Assembly: GCA_965263035.1 (NCBI GenBank)
Contig: OZ253580.1
Span: 320,001 to 384,000 of the forward strand
Length of the DNA stretch: 64,000 nt
Direction: 5' to 3'
Source of the DNA: Acidobacteriota bacterium
GTDB taxonomy: Bacteria > Acidobacteriota > UBA6911 > RPQK01 > JAJDTT01
Part shown: positions 9,985 through 21,598 of the stretch, one piece after another
Position numbering within the stretch: the stretch's first letter is position 1
How the letters are laid out: every line of letters starts with the position of its first letter
The notes under the pieces: model-generated
What the model was told of the DNA's origin: nothing
The model's input: the letters and a program-made list of their open reading frames with translations, nothing else
Databases searched by the model: none
Position numbers and translations under genes: made by a program

Positions 9985-11478
9985 TCAGGCCAGTATGGGG
10001 CGAACCACCCGGGCGGGGTCGACTCCGGTCAGGCGATTATCCAACCCCTGGTAGCGAAAGGTGAAGCGGTCGTGGTCGATGCCGAAGAGCGAAAGGATGG
10101 TGGCCTGGAAGTCGCGCACATGGACCGGGTCGCGCACGATGTTGTACGCGAAGTCGTCGGTCTCGCCGTGGACGACGCCTCCCCGGATTCCGCCCCCGGC
10201 CATCCAGAGGCTGAAACAGCGGGGATGGTGATCCCGCCCGTAGGTCGTTTCGGTGAGCTTGCCCTGGCAGTAGGCGGTGCGGCCGAACTCTCCGCCCCAG
10301 ATCACCAGGGTGTCCTCCAGGAGCCCCCGCTGCTTCAAGTCCTGGACCAGCCCCCAGCAGCCCTGGTCCACGTCCTTGCACTGGCTGGGAAGGACTTGGG
10401 GCACCTCGCGGTGCACGTCCCATCCCCGATGGTAGATCTGGACGAAGCGGACGTTGCGCTCGGCCAGACGGCGGGCCATCAGGCAACTGTAGGCAAAGGT
10501 GCCGGGGACCTTGGCGTCTTCTCCGTAGAGGCGATAGGTGCTCTCCGGTTCCTTGGAAAGGTCGGTCAGCTCCGGGACCGAGCTCTGCATCCGGAACGCC
10601 ATCTCGTATTGCTCGATCCGGGACAGGGTCTCCGGATCACCGATCTGCTGGTGCTGCAGCCGGTTCATCTCGGCCAGAGAGTCCAGCATCCGGCGGCGAA
10701 TCCGGCTGGGCACGCCGTCAGGATTGTTCACGTACAGCACCGGGTCGCCGGTGGACCTCAGGGAGACCCCGGCGAACCTCGAGGAGAGGAAGCCGGAAGT
10801 CCAAAGCTTGGCCGAGATGGCCTGCACGTTGGCCTTGGGGTGGCTGTGGGAGGCGTTGAGGACCACGAAGGTGGGCAGGTCCCGATTCATGCTGCCCAGT
10901 CCGTAGGCCAGCCAGGAGCCGATGCAGGGCCGTCCCGCCACTTCGCGCCCCGTCTGGATGAAGGTGATGGCCGGCTCGTGATTGATGGCTTCCGTGTGCA
11001 TGGACCGGATGATGGCCAGATCGTCCGCCATGCTGGCCGTGTAAGGAAGAAGCTCCGAGATCCAAGCCCCGCTCTGACCGTGCTGCTGGAACTTGAAGGC
11101 CGACGGAACGATGGGAAACCGCTCCTGTCCCGAGGTCATGGTGGTCAACCGCTGCCCCTTTCGAATCGAGTCGGGCAGGTCCTTGTCCAGCCACTTCTCC
11201 AACTCCGGCTTGTAGTCGAAGGTCTCCATCTGGGGCGGGGCCCCCACCATGTGCAGGTAGATGGCCCGCTTGGCCTGGGGAGCGAAGTGGGGCAGATAGG
11301 GAAGTCCACCCGTCTGATCCAGGGCCGTGGCGCCGGCGGCCGTGGCGTCCTCCCCCAGCAGAGTGGCCAGGGCAGCCAGTCCGAGACCCCGGGCTCCTCG
11401 GGCGAAGAGTTGACGGCGGGTCTCGATTCGAACCGCTTCCTCGGAAAGAATGCCGGGAGGAGTCCAATAGCAGGTCAT
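9985..11478 (-). CDS. DUF1501 family protein
   Basis: TRRQLF Tat-like N-terminus; [35 protein letters not shown]. Confidence 0.9.
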   Translation of the reverse strand: MTCYWTPPGILSEEAVRIETRRQLFARGARGLGLAALATLLGEDATAAGATALDQTGGLPYLPHFAPQAKRAIYLHMVGAPPQMETFDYKPELEKWLDKDLPDSIRKGQRLTTMTSGQERFPIVPSAFKFQQHGQSGAWISELLPYTASMADDLAIIRSMHTEAINHEPAITFIQTGREVAGRPCIGSWLAYGLGSMNRDLPTFVVLNASHSHPKANVQAISAKLWTSGFLSSRFAGVSLRSTGDPVLYVNNPDGVPSRIRRRMLDSLAEMNRLQHQQIGDPETLSRIEQYEMAFRMQSSVPELTDLSKEPESTYRLYGEDAKVPGTFAYSCLMARRLAERNVRFVQIYHRGWDVHREVPQVLPSQCKDVDQGCWGLVQDLKQRGLLEDTLVIWGGEFGRTAYCQGKLTETTYGRDHHPRCFSLWMAGGGIRGGVVHGETDDFAYNIVRDPVHVRDFQATILSLFGIDHDRFTFRYQGLDNRLTGVDPARVVRPILA

Positions 11479-14400
11479 TTGTTCAACACCTCGTCCAGAT
11501 TCATGAGCTGATTGGCCACCATGGTCCAAGCGGCGAACTCGGCCTTGGGCAGGCTCCCGTCGGCTTCGGAATCGCCGACCGAGAGAGCCTTCTCGGCCTG
11601 ATCGGGGTGGCTCCCGTAGTAGCTCAGGTAATCCCGGTAGGCCTTCCCGGCCACCTCTTGTTCCGGTCCATGGAGGGAACGCGCCAGGAGGTGGGAGGCC
11701 AGGAAATCGAGCCGCCGATCCGGACCCGGCGCCGCCTGCATGGCCCGCTGGGCCAAGTGGCGGGCGGCTTCGAAAAACTGGGTCCCGTTGAGCGTCAGCA
11801 GAGCCTGCAAGGGCGTGTTGGTGCGCTCGCGCCGAACCGTGCATTCCTCCCTTGTGGGAGCGTTGAAGACCATCAGTTGAGGCGGAGGCGCGGCCCGCTT
11901 CCAGAAGGTGTAGAGGCTCCTCCGGTAAATGTCAGATCCCGAGTCCTGCTTGTAAAAGCGGGTGTTGCTCCCATCCATGGCCACCGCTTCCCACAGTCCC
12001 TCCGGTTGATAGGTCTTGACGCTGGGTCCGCCGATTCGGCGTTCCAGCAGGCCGCTGGCAGCCAGGACATAGTCCCGCACCATCTCCCCGTCCAACCGAA
12101 AGCGGGGCCCCCGGGAGAAGAGGCGATTTCCCGGATCCTTCTTGATCTTCTCGTCGGTCGCCCGGGCCGACTGCCGGTAGGTGGCCGAATCCAGCATCAG
12201 GCGGAAGAGATGCTTCACGTCCCATCCCGAATCCCGAAACTCCACCGCCAGCCAGTCCAGAAGCTGCGGGTGCGTGGGCGCTTCCCCCTGGGACCCGAAA
12301 TCTTCCGAGGTCCGTACCAGGCCGATCCCGAAGACCTCCTGCCAGAAGCGGTTGACCATGACCCGGCTGGTGAGGGGGTTGTCGTCGTCCACCAGCCATT
12401 GGGCCAACCCCAGCCGATTCCGCGGCAGGTCAGGATCCATGGCGGGCAGGACGCCCGGGGTGGCCGGCCGCACCTCCTCGCCTCTCTGGTCGTACATCCC
12501 CCGGCGGAGAATGTGGGCCATGGGATCGCTGTCCGGGTTCTCCCGCATCACGTGAGTCAGACTGCTCCGGCGAAGGATCGCCCGGCGCTCGTCCTGAAGC
12601 GATTTCAAGTCCCGAGCCGCCTGCCCGAACGCGGCGTTCCGGCGAACCAGAAAATAGGCCCGTAGGGCCTCCCGGTCTCCGGAATCCAACTCCTCCCGAT
12701 CCCGTTTCCGAACGGCGGCCAGCGTATCCCAACGCGCCAACAGCCGGGCTTCCGACTCATCTACCGCCCGGTCCAGAATCTTGAACTGGCGGACCGAACC
12801 GTTCAGAAAGTCGTACTTGCCGGCGGACGGCCGGTCGCCGGCGCCGAGCACCAAAGGCTTGCTGTTCCGGATCGATCCCTCCAGGACCCGGATGGCCCGG
12901 CCGAAGCTCTGGGTGGGGACGACAGCACCGTCGAGGTAGAGGTTCATGCCTGTGCGCTGGCGCAGGCCGTCGTAGGTGACGATCAGGTTGTGCCACTGAT
13001 CCGGCGCCAACTTGTTCTCCTCGACGCCGCGGACCCCCATGTTGCGGCCATCCTTAACCTGCAGGTTCAGCAACGGCCGTTCGCCGACGATCTCAATACT
13101 CCAGCCGCGGTTGTCTTCGTCCGGATCGACCTGCCGGGCAAGGATCATTCGGGAGCCCCCCTTCCGAAACCGGAAGGTCACTGAAACGGTAAAGGGACGG
13201 TCCGCTTCGAGGCCCGGGGAATCCTGGATCTCCACGAAGGAGTCTTCGGGCAACTCCAGGGAGGGGATGGGACCGGACCGGTCGACCCGGGTGGATCCGG
13301 ACAACACCAGTTCTCGTTTCTCCGACCCGACGCGGAGGTGTGGTTCCTCTCCCAGTTCCAGGGAGAAGGTCTGGGAGTCGTCGAAATCATCCAGGTTCAG
13401 ACCGAGGCGCGAGTCCGAGTCCAACCAGAGGAGGAACTCGTTCTCCGCAGCCCGCTCGACCTCGTCCCGCCTGTCCCTGGCGGCCGGCTCCTCCTGCTTC
13501 AATTGATCCCATCGCAGAGTGTCGCTTATGGCCGGGACGATCATCACGGGAGGCGGGTCGAAGACATTTCCGTCCAGAGGTTTCTGGGTCGTATTGCGGA
13601 AGAAGGCGGCCAACGAATAGAAGTCCTTCTGGGTGATGGGATCGAACTTGTGGTCGTGGCAGGTGGCGCACCCGACCGTCAGACCCAGCCAGACCGTTCC
13701 CGTGGTGTCCACGCGGTCCTTGGCATACATGACCTCCACTTCGTCTTTGATGACGCCCCCTTCGTTGGTGGTGATGTTGCAACGATGGAAGCCGGTGGCG
13801 ACGAGTTGCTCCGGCGTCGGGTCGGGCAACAGGTCGCCGGCCAACTGGTCCACCGTGAACTGGTCGAAGGGCAGGTTCCGGTTGAAGGCCCGGATGACCC
13901 AATCCCGGTAGGCCCACATCTCACGGTAGTTGTCGATGTGCAGGCCGTGGGTGTCCCCGTAGCGGGCCGCATCGAGCCAATAGCGCCCCCGGTGCTCCCC
14001 GTAAGCCTGGGACCGCATCCGTCCCGAGATCCACTTGGCGTAGGCATCCGGAGAGGCATCCGCCACGAACTTCGCCACTTCCTCCGGATTGGGGGGCAAA
14101 CCGGTGAGATCCAGGGAAACCCTCCGGGCCAACGTGCGGCGGTCCGCCTCCGCCGCCGGCGTCAATCCCTCCTTCTTGAGACGGGCCAGGACGAAGCGGT
14201 CGATGGGATTGCGAACCCACTCCGGGGTCTGGACCTGGGGCGGACGGGGCCGGGTCAGGGGCGCGAAGGACCAGTGCTCCTCCCACGGCGCCCCCGCCTC
14301 GATCCAGCGCCGCACCACCTGGATCTGATCCTCCGTCAGCTCCTTGTGGGCGTATTTGGGCGGCATCCGCAGGGCGGCATCCGCATGGGTGATGCGTTGG

Positions 14401-14729
14401 TAGATGAGGCTCGACTCCGGGTCCCCCGGCGTGACCGGCGACCCGGTCGGCCGCTTGGAGAAGACTCCGTCTTCCAGGTCCAGCCTCAAATCCGCCAGCC
14501 GGGCCTTGGGGTCCGGGCCGTGGCACTCGAAACAGGCGTCGGAAAGGATGGGGCGCACCTGCGACTGAAAGTCCACGGCCGCCTCGTCCGCAGTCGAGCC
14601 CGCCACGGGGGGCGCGCTCAACACCGCAACACCGGTGAGAACCGCCACAATAACCGCTGGAATCCGTCTGAAACCCAAACCTACAGGCAAGATAGTGCCT
14701 ATTCTACACCGTTCCTCTACTTGTCTCAT
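11475..14729 (-). CDS. PSD1/planctomycete cytochrome c protein (DUF1549 + LamG-like + DUF1553)
   Basis: CFECH and CATCHDH heme motifs, [27 protein letters not shown]; the ORF-track start (14774) lies inside the IS4 IR, so ATG 14729 is preferred. Confidence 0.88.
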   Translation of the reverse strand: MRQVEERCRIGTILPVGLGFRRIPAVIVAVLTGVAVLSAPPVAGSTADEAAVDFQSQVRPILSDACFECHGPDPKARLADLRLDLEDGVFSKRPTGSPVTPGDPESSLIYQRITHADAALRMPPKYAHKELTEDQIQVVRRWIEAGAPWEEHWSFAPLTRPRPPQVQTPEWVRNPIDRFVLARLKKEGLTPAAEADRRTLARRVSLDLTGLPPNPEEVAKFVADASPDAYAKWISGRMRSQAYGEHRGRYWLDAARYGDTHGLHIDNYREMWAYRDWVIRAFNRNLPFDQFTVDQLAGDLLPDPTPEQLVATGFHRCNITTNEGGVIKDEVEVMYAKDRVDTTGTVWLGLTVGCATCHDHKFDPITQKDFYSLAAFFRNTTQKPLDGNVFDPPPVMIVPAISDTLRWDQLKQEEPAARDRRDEVERAAENEFLLWLDSDSRLGLNLDDFDDSQTFSLELGEEPHLRVGSEKRELVLSGSTRVDRSGPIPSLELPEDSFVEIQDSPGLEADRPFTVSVTFRFRKGGSRMILARQVDPDEDNRGWSIEIVGERPLLNLQVKDGRNMGVRGVEENKLAPDQWHNLIVTYDGLRQRTGMNLYLDGAVVPTQSFGRAIRVLEGSIRNSKPLVLGAGDRPSAGKYDFLNGSVRQFKILDRAVDESEARLLARWDTLAAVRKRDREELDSGDREALRAYFLVRRNAAFGQAARDLKSLQDERRAILRRSSLTHVMRENPDSDPMAHILRRGMYDQRGEEVRPATPGVLPAMDPDLPRNRLGLAQWLVDDDNPLTSRVMVNRFWQEVFGIGLVRTSEDFGSQGEAPTHPQLLDWLAVEFRDSGWDVKHLFRLMLDSATYRQSARATDEKIKKDPGNRLFSRGPRFRLDGEMVRDYVLAASGLLERRIGGPSVKTYQPEGLWEAVAMDGSNTRFYKQDSGSDIYRRSLYTFWKRAAPPPQLMVFNAPTREECTVRRERTNTPLQALLTLNGTQFFEAARHLAQRAMQAAPGPDRRLDFLASHLLARSLHGPEQEVAGKAYRDYLSYYGSHPDQAEKALSVGDSEADGSLPKAEFAAWTMVANQLMNLDEVLNK

Positions 14730-15677
14730 ATCCCTTGGTAGTGACCGCTGGCTAGGACTGCCCTTTACCCACATATTGCACAGGGCACATTAGCCTGGGT
14801 CTGGTTTCATTCATGTTTCTTCTCGTAGAGCGAAGCCCAGACACATGCCGTAGAGCGTGACGTAACCCTGCCACAGCAGTTGATGCCCGGGTGGGGAGTC
14901 GTGTTTACGAGCCAGATATCCTCCCAGGCGGGCCAGCACGAGCACGGCCGCCCCCAGGTCTTCCGGCGGTGGGTATCGTCGCGACGCGGCAAACGCCCCC
15001 AGGACCCGGATTTCCAGATCGGAAAACAACAATTGCGCCGGCAGGTCCGGGTCCTCTCGCCCCAGCAGCGTCATCAGCATGATCCGCCAGGCAATGACGG
15101 CGTGCATGGCGATGGCCCGTTTCAGACGTTCGGCGGTTTGGTGCTGGAGCTGTTGTACCCGGCATCCGGTCTTGAGCACCCGGAAATAATCCTCCACCCG
15201 CCAGCGCAGCGCATACCATCTCAGCAGTTGCTGCGCCGTCTCGACATCGGTCACCGGCAGGGTGGTGAGCAGGAACCATTCCAGGCGCTTCCCCTGCGCC
15301 GGCGGCGCGACCTCCCGCGCGTGCACCACCGACAGTCTCAGCGAAGGGATGCCGGTTGGGTTCCCGCGCGGCGCCGGAATCGTCAGGGTCTCGTAGCGCA
15401 GTTCCATCCGTGCCACCCGCGCCAGCCGCCGCGGGCGGGCCGCCTGCTTGCTGGCCTTGATCCGCGCACTCTGACGCTTCACCTCCAGCAGCATCCGGGC
15501 CCGCACCGGCGCCGATCGCAGGCGCCCGAACAGCTTCCGCTTCTGCTCCGGGTCCGGATCCGCGCTTTTCCCGGCCGCCTTCGCCCGGGTCTTCCGCTTC
15601 AGCACCCGATCCTGCTTCGCACGCACCAGCAACTCCACCTCCGGAGACGCTCGTTGCTCGGCGAACAGTGCGAAAAA

Positions 15678-17459
15678 TGAAGGTGTCCCGTTTTCGTGGA
15701 CGGTTTATTAGTGCGGTTTACGTTGGTCTAGGTTGTAATACTCCTTCTGTCGTTGGGGAGCAAGACTTCCTCCCGCTGAATGTCAATGGCCATAGAAAAT
15801 GTCAGGGTGTTGACCATTGACAGAGCGTTCTTTCTTCTGTGGGGGGACTGATGGAGGCGTCAGCAAAAGGGCTCACGTTGTGGGAAATCTCTGATTTTCC
15901 ACAATGGGATACCGCGTAACGAGGGGGCCTCGGCGCTCTCTTTCCAGGGATTTAAGAGTGGTGTGTATCTCTTTGCATCCGGGGGTCTCAGGGGGGCAGC
16001 GCCCCCCTGCCCTCTTCAATCGTGTCGCGCGCGACGCTTGGTGCGACGGTGATGGTGCTGGTTTCGTGGTCGAGCAGCGCGAAAACGAACCGGTTCGTGA
16101 GGCGGCGTCAGTCCTTCTGAGCCTCCCGGCCCGCAGGACCGGCATTGGAGGCAGGAAAGACGACCCCAGCAGGTCATCACTGCACTCGGCGAGAGCACGA
16201 ATCGGGGATCTCGTCGTCCGGATCGAGTTTCGACGACGGCGTGGGTCCTACGCTGCCTGCTGCTCGTAGCGGACCGGCGACTCGTAGCCCAGCGCCGAGT
16301 GTCGGCGCCGCCGGTTGTAGAATCCCTCAATGAAGTCGAAGACGGCCCGCCTCGCCTGATTCGGATTCCGGAACTGGTGACAGTCCAGCAACTCGCACTC
16401 TAGCGTCGCGAAGAAGCTCTCGCACATCGCGTTGTCGTAAGCGTCCCCCACCGAGCCCATCGACGGCCGCACCCCGGCCTCCCGGCATCTCTTCCCGAAG
16501 GCAGTCGAGGTGTACTGCGCCCCCTGGTCCGAGTGGTGGATCACCTGCTTCGGCTGCCGCCGTATCACCGCCATGGCGAGCGCCTTTTCGACCAGTTCGG
16601 AGCGCAGATGGGTCTCCATCGCCCAGCCCACAACCAAGCGGCTCCAGGCGTCCAGGACCACGGCCACGTACAACCAGCCCGCCTTCGTGCGGACATACGT
16701 CAGGTCCGCCACCCAGAGCTGATCCGGTCCCTCAGCCGCGAAGTTCCGGTTCACCAGGTCCGGCGCGGGACGGGCGTCCCGGTCCCTCCGGGTGAGCCCG
16801 GCCTTCCGGTGCCTCCGGCTCGCCCCCTGAATCCCGGCTTCCCGCATCAATCGACCGACACGCTTCGGGCTCGTCCGTTCCCCTCGAGCTCTCAGTTCGG
16901 CATGCAGACGAGGCCGACCGTAAACTCTCCGGTTCTCGTTCCAGATCTGCACGATCTTTTCCCGAAGCGCCTGGTCCTGGCGAGCTCGATTCGAGGGCAG
17001 ACGTTTCAACCAGGCGTAGTACCCACTGGGGGAAAGACCCAACACGCGGCACATCACCCGAATCGGAAACTGGGCCCGGTGCGCCTTTACGAACTCGAAT
17101 CCTTTCCGGGGATCGAGTCGCTCTCCCGGGCGAACCAAGCCGCGGCTTTTTTTAGGATGTCCCGCTCCATCCGCAGGCGCTTGATCTCCCGCCTCGCCTG
17201 GCGCAACTCCTGGCGCTCGAACGTCGTCAACCCGTCGCTCCGGTGCCCCTCGTCCAGATCGGCCTGCTTGACCCACTTCCGGATCGCCGAAGCCGAGGGC
17301 TCGAACTCCCGCGCCAGTGCCTCCGGCGATCGCCCCGAGCGCACCAGCCCTACGATCTCCCGCCGGAACTCCGGCGGATACCGTCTCTGCTTTCTTGCCA
17401 TCGTGGATCCCTCCTTACTCCCCTACTTTGGAAGTGTCCACGAAAGCGGGTCAACTCCA
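15678..17459 (-). mobile_element. IS3-family element (1782 bp) with a long 3' non-coding extension
   Basis: TG...CA ends; IRs TGAAGGTGTCCCGTTTTCGTGGAC and revcomp TGGAGTTGACCCGCTTTCGTGGAC; a 3-bp AAA duplication restores the IS4 frame. Confidence 0.88.
16248..17401 (-). CDS. IS3 transposase OrfAB (programmed -1 frameshift)
   Basis: OrfA MARKQRRYPPEFR (HTH); A AAA AAG slippery site at 17146-17153; OrfB has WVADLTY, HHSDQGAQY and DNAMCESFF. Confidence 0.92.
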
Positions 17460-19217
17460 AAAATCCGCCTCCCGGTCCACCACGCTGACCACCCGCACCC
17501 CGTCGAGGGACCGCGACACCTCGGCGCAGTCCCGAAGTCCCTCGATCCAGCGATACGTCTTCTTCTTTTTCCGCGTGGCCGCCGGTCCCGGCTTCGGCGC
17601 GTCCAGCTTCGCCCGCAACACCCCCAGCGGCAGCCCCGTCTCACTCACCACCAGCGTCGCGTGCAGATGCAGTCCCCGCGCCGTCGCTCCCGTCTGGTTG
17701 CGCCCGATCACCCCCAGTCCCTCACACCGGCCGTGCCGCGTGAAGTTCAGATCGCTCCCGTCCTGGATACACAGCACCGTCCGCTGCCCCTGCATCCGCT
17801 GCCGGGTCCGCTCCCGGTGCGGGGCCAGGATGTTGGACACCGTCACCGCCGAGGCTTCCGGCTGGTCGATCAGCCGGTAGTATCCCTTGACCGCCGCCGG
17901 ATCCCCCCGCGCCACTCCCGTGAACGCCCGCCCCGGCTCCTGCGCCTGTCGGTGCGCACTCTCCACCAGTCGCCGACTCAAGCGCCGGTCTCCCAGCGGC
18001 GCCTCACCCAACTCCTGCTGAGCCCAGCCCGCTCCCTCCAGTCCCTCGCCCTCCGACATCGGTTCCACTCCCCGCCTCGGCGCCGGTCCCACTCCCAACC
18101 GCCGACGCCAATCCCGGCACAACTCATACCCATAGATCGCCTTGCTCGTCTCCGCACCCCGGTGCGCCCGATCTTGCCGGCCTCGACCCTGCGTCTGCCC
18201 CAGAACCCTCCAGTTCGTGGCGCGCAAACTGGCCCCATCGTGGCGAGCCGTCTCCACGAAGGTCTCCACCAGCCAGGGACGGTAGCCGTAGCGCGCCTGG
18301 AACTCCGGACCCAGCCGCCGCAACACCTCCCCCAGCACCCGGGAGGCCAGATTACGACACCTCACTGACGGACGGATCAGAAACCGGCTCAGCCCCACCA
18401 CCCGGTGCAGGTGCGCCCGGCGTTGTTCCTCATCCCATCCGATCCAGCGGTCCCGGTCCCGCAACCGCAACGCCGCCGCCCCGAACCCCAAGCCCCCCAG
18501 CCAGCCGTGGGCCGAGCCCACCAGATAGCGTAGTTGAGCACCCACCAACGGCCCCGCGCCCCGTGGATGCTCTCGCGCCATCAACTCGTTCCAGAGCGCT
18601 CGTTGCGGACCCGTCTCCACCAGAATCAACTCCAGCTCCCGCACGCCGTCCACCGTCTCGGGCACCCCGACCGGCTCCGGCACCGCACGGCCCAGTCCTC
18701 GGGGCCCGCAATGTTTCACCCGCCGTCGCGGCGTCGGCAGACGAATCCGTCCGCGCGCCTCCAACTCCCGGAGCGCCTTCAGGCAGCCGCTCCGTTGCGC
18801 CCGCCCTCGGGCATCGTGAAATCCAAACTCCGAGCAGACCCGGTCCGCCAGCGCCGTCCGGTGGGCGAACTTCTCCCGCCTCATCACGGCGTGCAAACGA
18901 TCCAACTCTCGGCTCAAGGTGCGCTTGATCTGGTTCTGAACTACCATATCGTGAAGACTACGACAGGCATTCTTGTTTGTTCAGCACTATTTGTGGGTAT
19001 AGGGCAGGGCGAGCCCGCCGAGTGGTGACGCACTCGACAGGCTCTGAGCTAACTCGTCCTATGCCGGAGGAAGAGCCAGCCTAATATCTATTCTACCTTG
19101 AATGGCTCCCCTGGCTTCAGTCCGGCATAGGACCCCTTACCCAAGTCAGGATCTTCTGACTGTGGAGGATGACGTCCTGCACTTTGCACCAGCGACGCCG
19201 TTGGCTGGCAGAATGAC

Positions 19218-19255
19218 TGGAGTTGACCCGCTTTCGTGGACACATCCAAAGTAGG
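19218..19255 (+). mobile_element. solitary IS3 left-end fragment
   Basis: TGGAGTTGACCCGCTTTCGTGGACACATCCAAAGTAGG is nearly identical to the revcomp of 17422-17459, but no transposase follows. Confidence 0.75.
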
Positions 19256-19370
19256 ATGGTGAGGCGTCAGCACGATCTCTACGAGTGTTCCCTCAAGGTC
19301 CCGAGACTTTCTCTTGTATTCCACAACTTGACCAGTTTGTGAACTTTTTCTCGACCAAGGAACTATAGGT

Positions 19371-19450
19371 GTGCGCGGCGAGGCGTCGCCAGCGCCATCC
19401 TGACAGGGCTTACAACCGAGCGACGAGTACGACGTTCAACTGATGCGAGG
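19371..19450 (+). ncRNA. possible group II intron 5' end remnant
   Basis: Starts GTGCG, then GGCGTCGCCAGCGCCATCCTGACAGGGCTTACAACC...ACGACGTTCAACTG, which resembles a bacterial group II intron domain I start; truncated. Confidence 0.4.
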
Positions 19451-19484
19451 CTCGAGTCCGGGACCGTCGGTGCTGGCTGCTGTA

Positions 19485-20777
19485 TCAATCCACAACCAGG
19501 TCCCATCCGAAACCCGGCCGATCTGAGGGTCGCATGTAGATTCCCTCGGGGCCGCGGCTGATGTTGTTCTCTTCCTCGAATCGCTGGTAGACCTCATCAG
19601 GGCCACCGGGTGGGGGCAGGAACATCTCGCACCAGGGGCTGTTGGGCGTGGCCATGATGTAGTGGGGACCACCTCCACGCCAGCCACCGTGAGGAATAAC
19701 GGGAATGTCGTGGGTCGCAGCCAGGGCTCCGATTCGACGCAATTCGGTCAGCCCCCCACACCAGTTCATATCCGGCTGCCAGATGTCGGCCCCCTGGCAT
19801 TCCAGAAGCAATTGGAAGCCGTAGCGTGTGTACTCGTGTTCCCCGGTGGCCATCCGTGTCGAGCTGATTTGAGCATTGAGGCGTCCAAAGCCAGCGTAGT
19901 TGTCGGGTGGCAAGCACTCCTCCATCCAATACACACGGTAGGGCTCCAGGGCTTCGGCGAATTCGAGCGTGTAACGTTCGGTGAGGGCCATCCAGCAGTC
20001 GAGCATGATCTCGCCACTGGGTCCCAGGAGCTTGCGCGTCCGCTCTACCAACTCCACGTTCTTCTTCATTCCCTGAAGGCCGTCCGCCGGCCCGTAGGGG
20101 ACCGCGAGCTTGAGCTTGGTGTAACCAAACTCGATGTGCTGTTCCAGATCGTTACCGGTGCAATAACTCGGAATGCGTGACTTGGTTTCTCCTCCCAGGA
20201 GTTGGTACACGGGCATCTTCAGGGCGTTACCGACGAGGTCCCAAAGGGCGTTGTCTACCGCGCTGATGGCGTGCACCACCATTCCCTTGCGACCGTAGTA
20301 GAGCGTCGAGCGCCACATGATGTCCCAAAGTCGCTCCAGGTTGAACGGATCTTCGTCGATCAGTAGTTGAGCCAGGTGTTTCTCAATCACAAAACCCGCA
20401 CCTGGCCCCCCATAACCAATCCCTCGAACTCCCTTGTCCGTCGTGATTTCTACTGCCGACGGCCCCAGGTCTGGGGCCATGAACAATGATCGACGAGCCT
20501 TGTATTCAGGATAGATAGACATCGGATTCGCCACTTCGACGTTACCTGTCGACCAGGAGCCGGGAGTTGGTTTGTAGGTGGGCAGCGGTCGTCTTGGCCT
20601 GGGGTCAACCATACGGACACCGGTGATCTTCAGCTTGCTTCGTTCCTCGGAGAACGGCGGCGAAGGAGTAGTTGGCATGACGCCTTCCTTTTTCTGGGCC
20701 CAGAGCGCGGCAGTGCTGATCGAACTCATCAAGCCTGCCTGTAAGAAATTGCGGCGATCCATCAGGTGGCGATCCAT
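19485..20777 (-). CDS. enolase superfamily sugar-acid dehydratase (L-rhamnonate dehydratase-like), Tat signal
   Basis: DRRNFL Tat motif; ISAVDNALWDL, MLDCWM, WMEE, GEHEYT, QPD, IPH. Confidence 0.85.
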   Translation of the reverse strand: MDRHLMDRRNFLQAGLMSSISTAALWAQKKEGVMPTTPSPPFSEERSKLKITGVRMVDPRPRRPLPTYKPTPGSWSTGNVEVANPMSIYPEYKARRSLFMAPDLGPSAVEITTDKGVRGIGYGGPGAGFVIEKHLAQLLIDEDPFNLERLWDIMWRSTLYYGRKGMVVHAISAVDNALWDLVGNALKMPVYQLLGGETKSRIPSYCTGNDLEQHIEFGYTKLKLAVPYGPADGLQGMKKNVELVERTRKLLGPSGEIMLDCWMALTERYTLEFAEALEPYRVYWMEECLPPDNYAGFGRLNAQISSTRMATGEHEYTRYGFQLLLECQGADIWQPDMNWCGGLTELRRIGALAATHDIPVIPHGGWRGGGPHYIMATPNSPWCEMFLPPPGGPDEVYQRFEEENNISRGPEGIYMRPSDRPGFGWDLVVD

Positions 20778-20875
20778 CAGGTATAGAAACGGGAAATTGT
20801 CGTTTGCAGCTGGATGTTAAATGGCTATCGAGTCAGGAGTCAACGCGATCGGCGCTGTTGGGGATCGGGTCCGGC

Positions 20876-20953
20876 GACAGGGGTCGGGAAGTACGGTTAC
20901 CCGGCTCCCCTCCCTCCGAACCGCACGTGCGGTTCTCCCGCATACGGCTCTCC
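20876..20953 (-). ncRNA. group II intron domains V-VI remnant (no RT)
   Basis: Minus strand reads GAGAGCCGTATGCGGGAGAACCGCACGTGCGGTTCGGAGGGAGGGG...CTTCCCGACCCCTGT, a canonical D5 (AGC triad) plus D6. Confidence 0.85.
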
Positions 20954-21302
20954 AGTCAGTAGGTTCCTGTGGATTGGACGAAACGAAGATATGCCCACGC
21001 TCGACATAATTCTGCGCCAACCGGGGTTTGACCCTTCCTCACACACACAAGGTGACTGTCCCCTTCTCAAGCAAGGAAATCAGACTGGTCCGATAAGTAA
21101 TCTCATCGGGTCAGGAAATATGGGGAATTGCCGGAACTTTCGGACGACGGGCGCAACATTGAGACCAGGAGCGGATCTTTCGGAGAAGGGTGGAAAGTTC
21201 GGATGAGGGGCTAGTTGTCCGAAAGGGCCGCGTCCAGCCACAGCCAATGGGGGCATCTTCGACTATCACGGGAACGTGCGGTAGATTGGGAATTGTTGAA
21301 TC

Positions 21303-21557
21303 ATGATTGAATACCCCGTGTTGATGGATGGTAAGGCGGGGGCGTACGGGGTTTCGTTTCCAGATCTGCCGGGGATCGTCGCCATGGGAGTGACCAAGGA
21401 CGAGGCCCTGCTACAGGCAGAACGGGCGCTTAGAGACTGCGCGATCGAAACCGAACGAGCCTGCGAGGACAGGGAACCACCGAGTGCGCTCGAACAGATC
21501 GAAATCCCGCCCGGGCACACTCTCGTTTCCGTATTACTGCCATCAACAACACCGTAA
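21303..21557 (+). CDS. HicB family antitoxin (orphan)
   Basis: YPVL...YGVSFPDLPG...G.TKDEAL..A..AL HicB N-domain; no HicA seen nearby. Confidence 0.8.
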   Translation: MIEYPVLMDGKAGAYGVSFPDLPGIVAMGVTKDEALLQAERALRDCAIETERACEDREPPSALEQIEIPPGHTLVSVLLPSTTP

Positions 21558-21598
21558 GAGACGCTGCGATGGACCGTACCCGGCACGACGGTTGATCA

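Larger units (their letters stand above)
14811..18947 (-). pseudogene. DUF4338(DruA-like)-IS4 transposase split by the IS3 insertion
   Basis: N-part ends at VVDREADF and C-part resumes FALFAEQR...YALRWRVEDYFRVLKTGC; CIQDGS (D1), DREAD (D2) and the YREK motif are present. Confidence 0.88.
14758..19007 (-). mobile_element. IS4-family (IS50/Tn5-like) element with DUF4338-fused transposase, interrupted by an IS3
   Basis: Terminal IRs CTGCCCTTTACCCACATA (14758) and revcomp CTGCCCTATACCCACAAA (ending 19007); no TSD visible. Confidence 0.85.

Noticed and set aside
7498-11511. 1337-aa plus-strand ORF and many other long antisense ORFs (e.g. 431-1948, 16533-18368, 36844-38775, 61620-63587)
   Set aside because: Shadow frames of well-supported genes in high-GC DNA, with no recognisable motifs
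17451-18947. Druantia defence system (DruA-like domain)
   Set aside because: The domain is fused to an IS4 transposase inside IS inverted repeats, and no DruE helicase or other Dru genes are present
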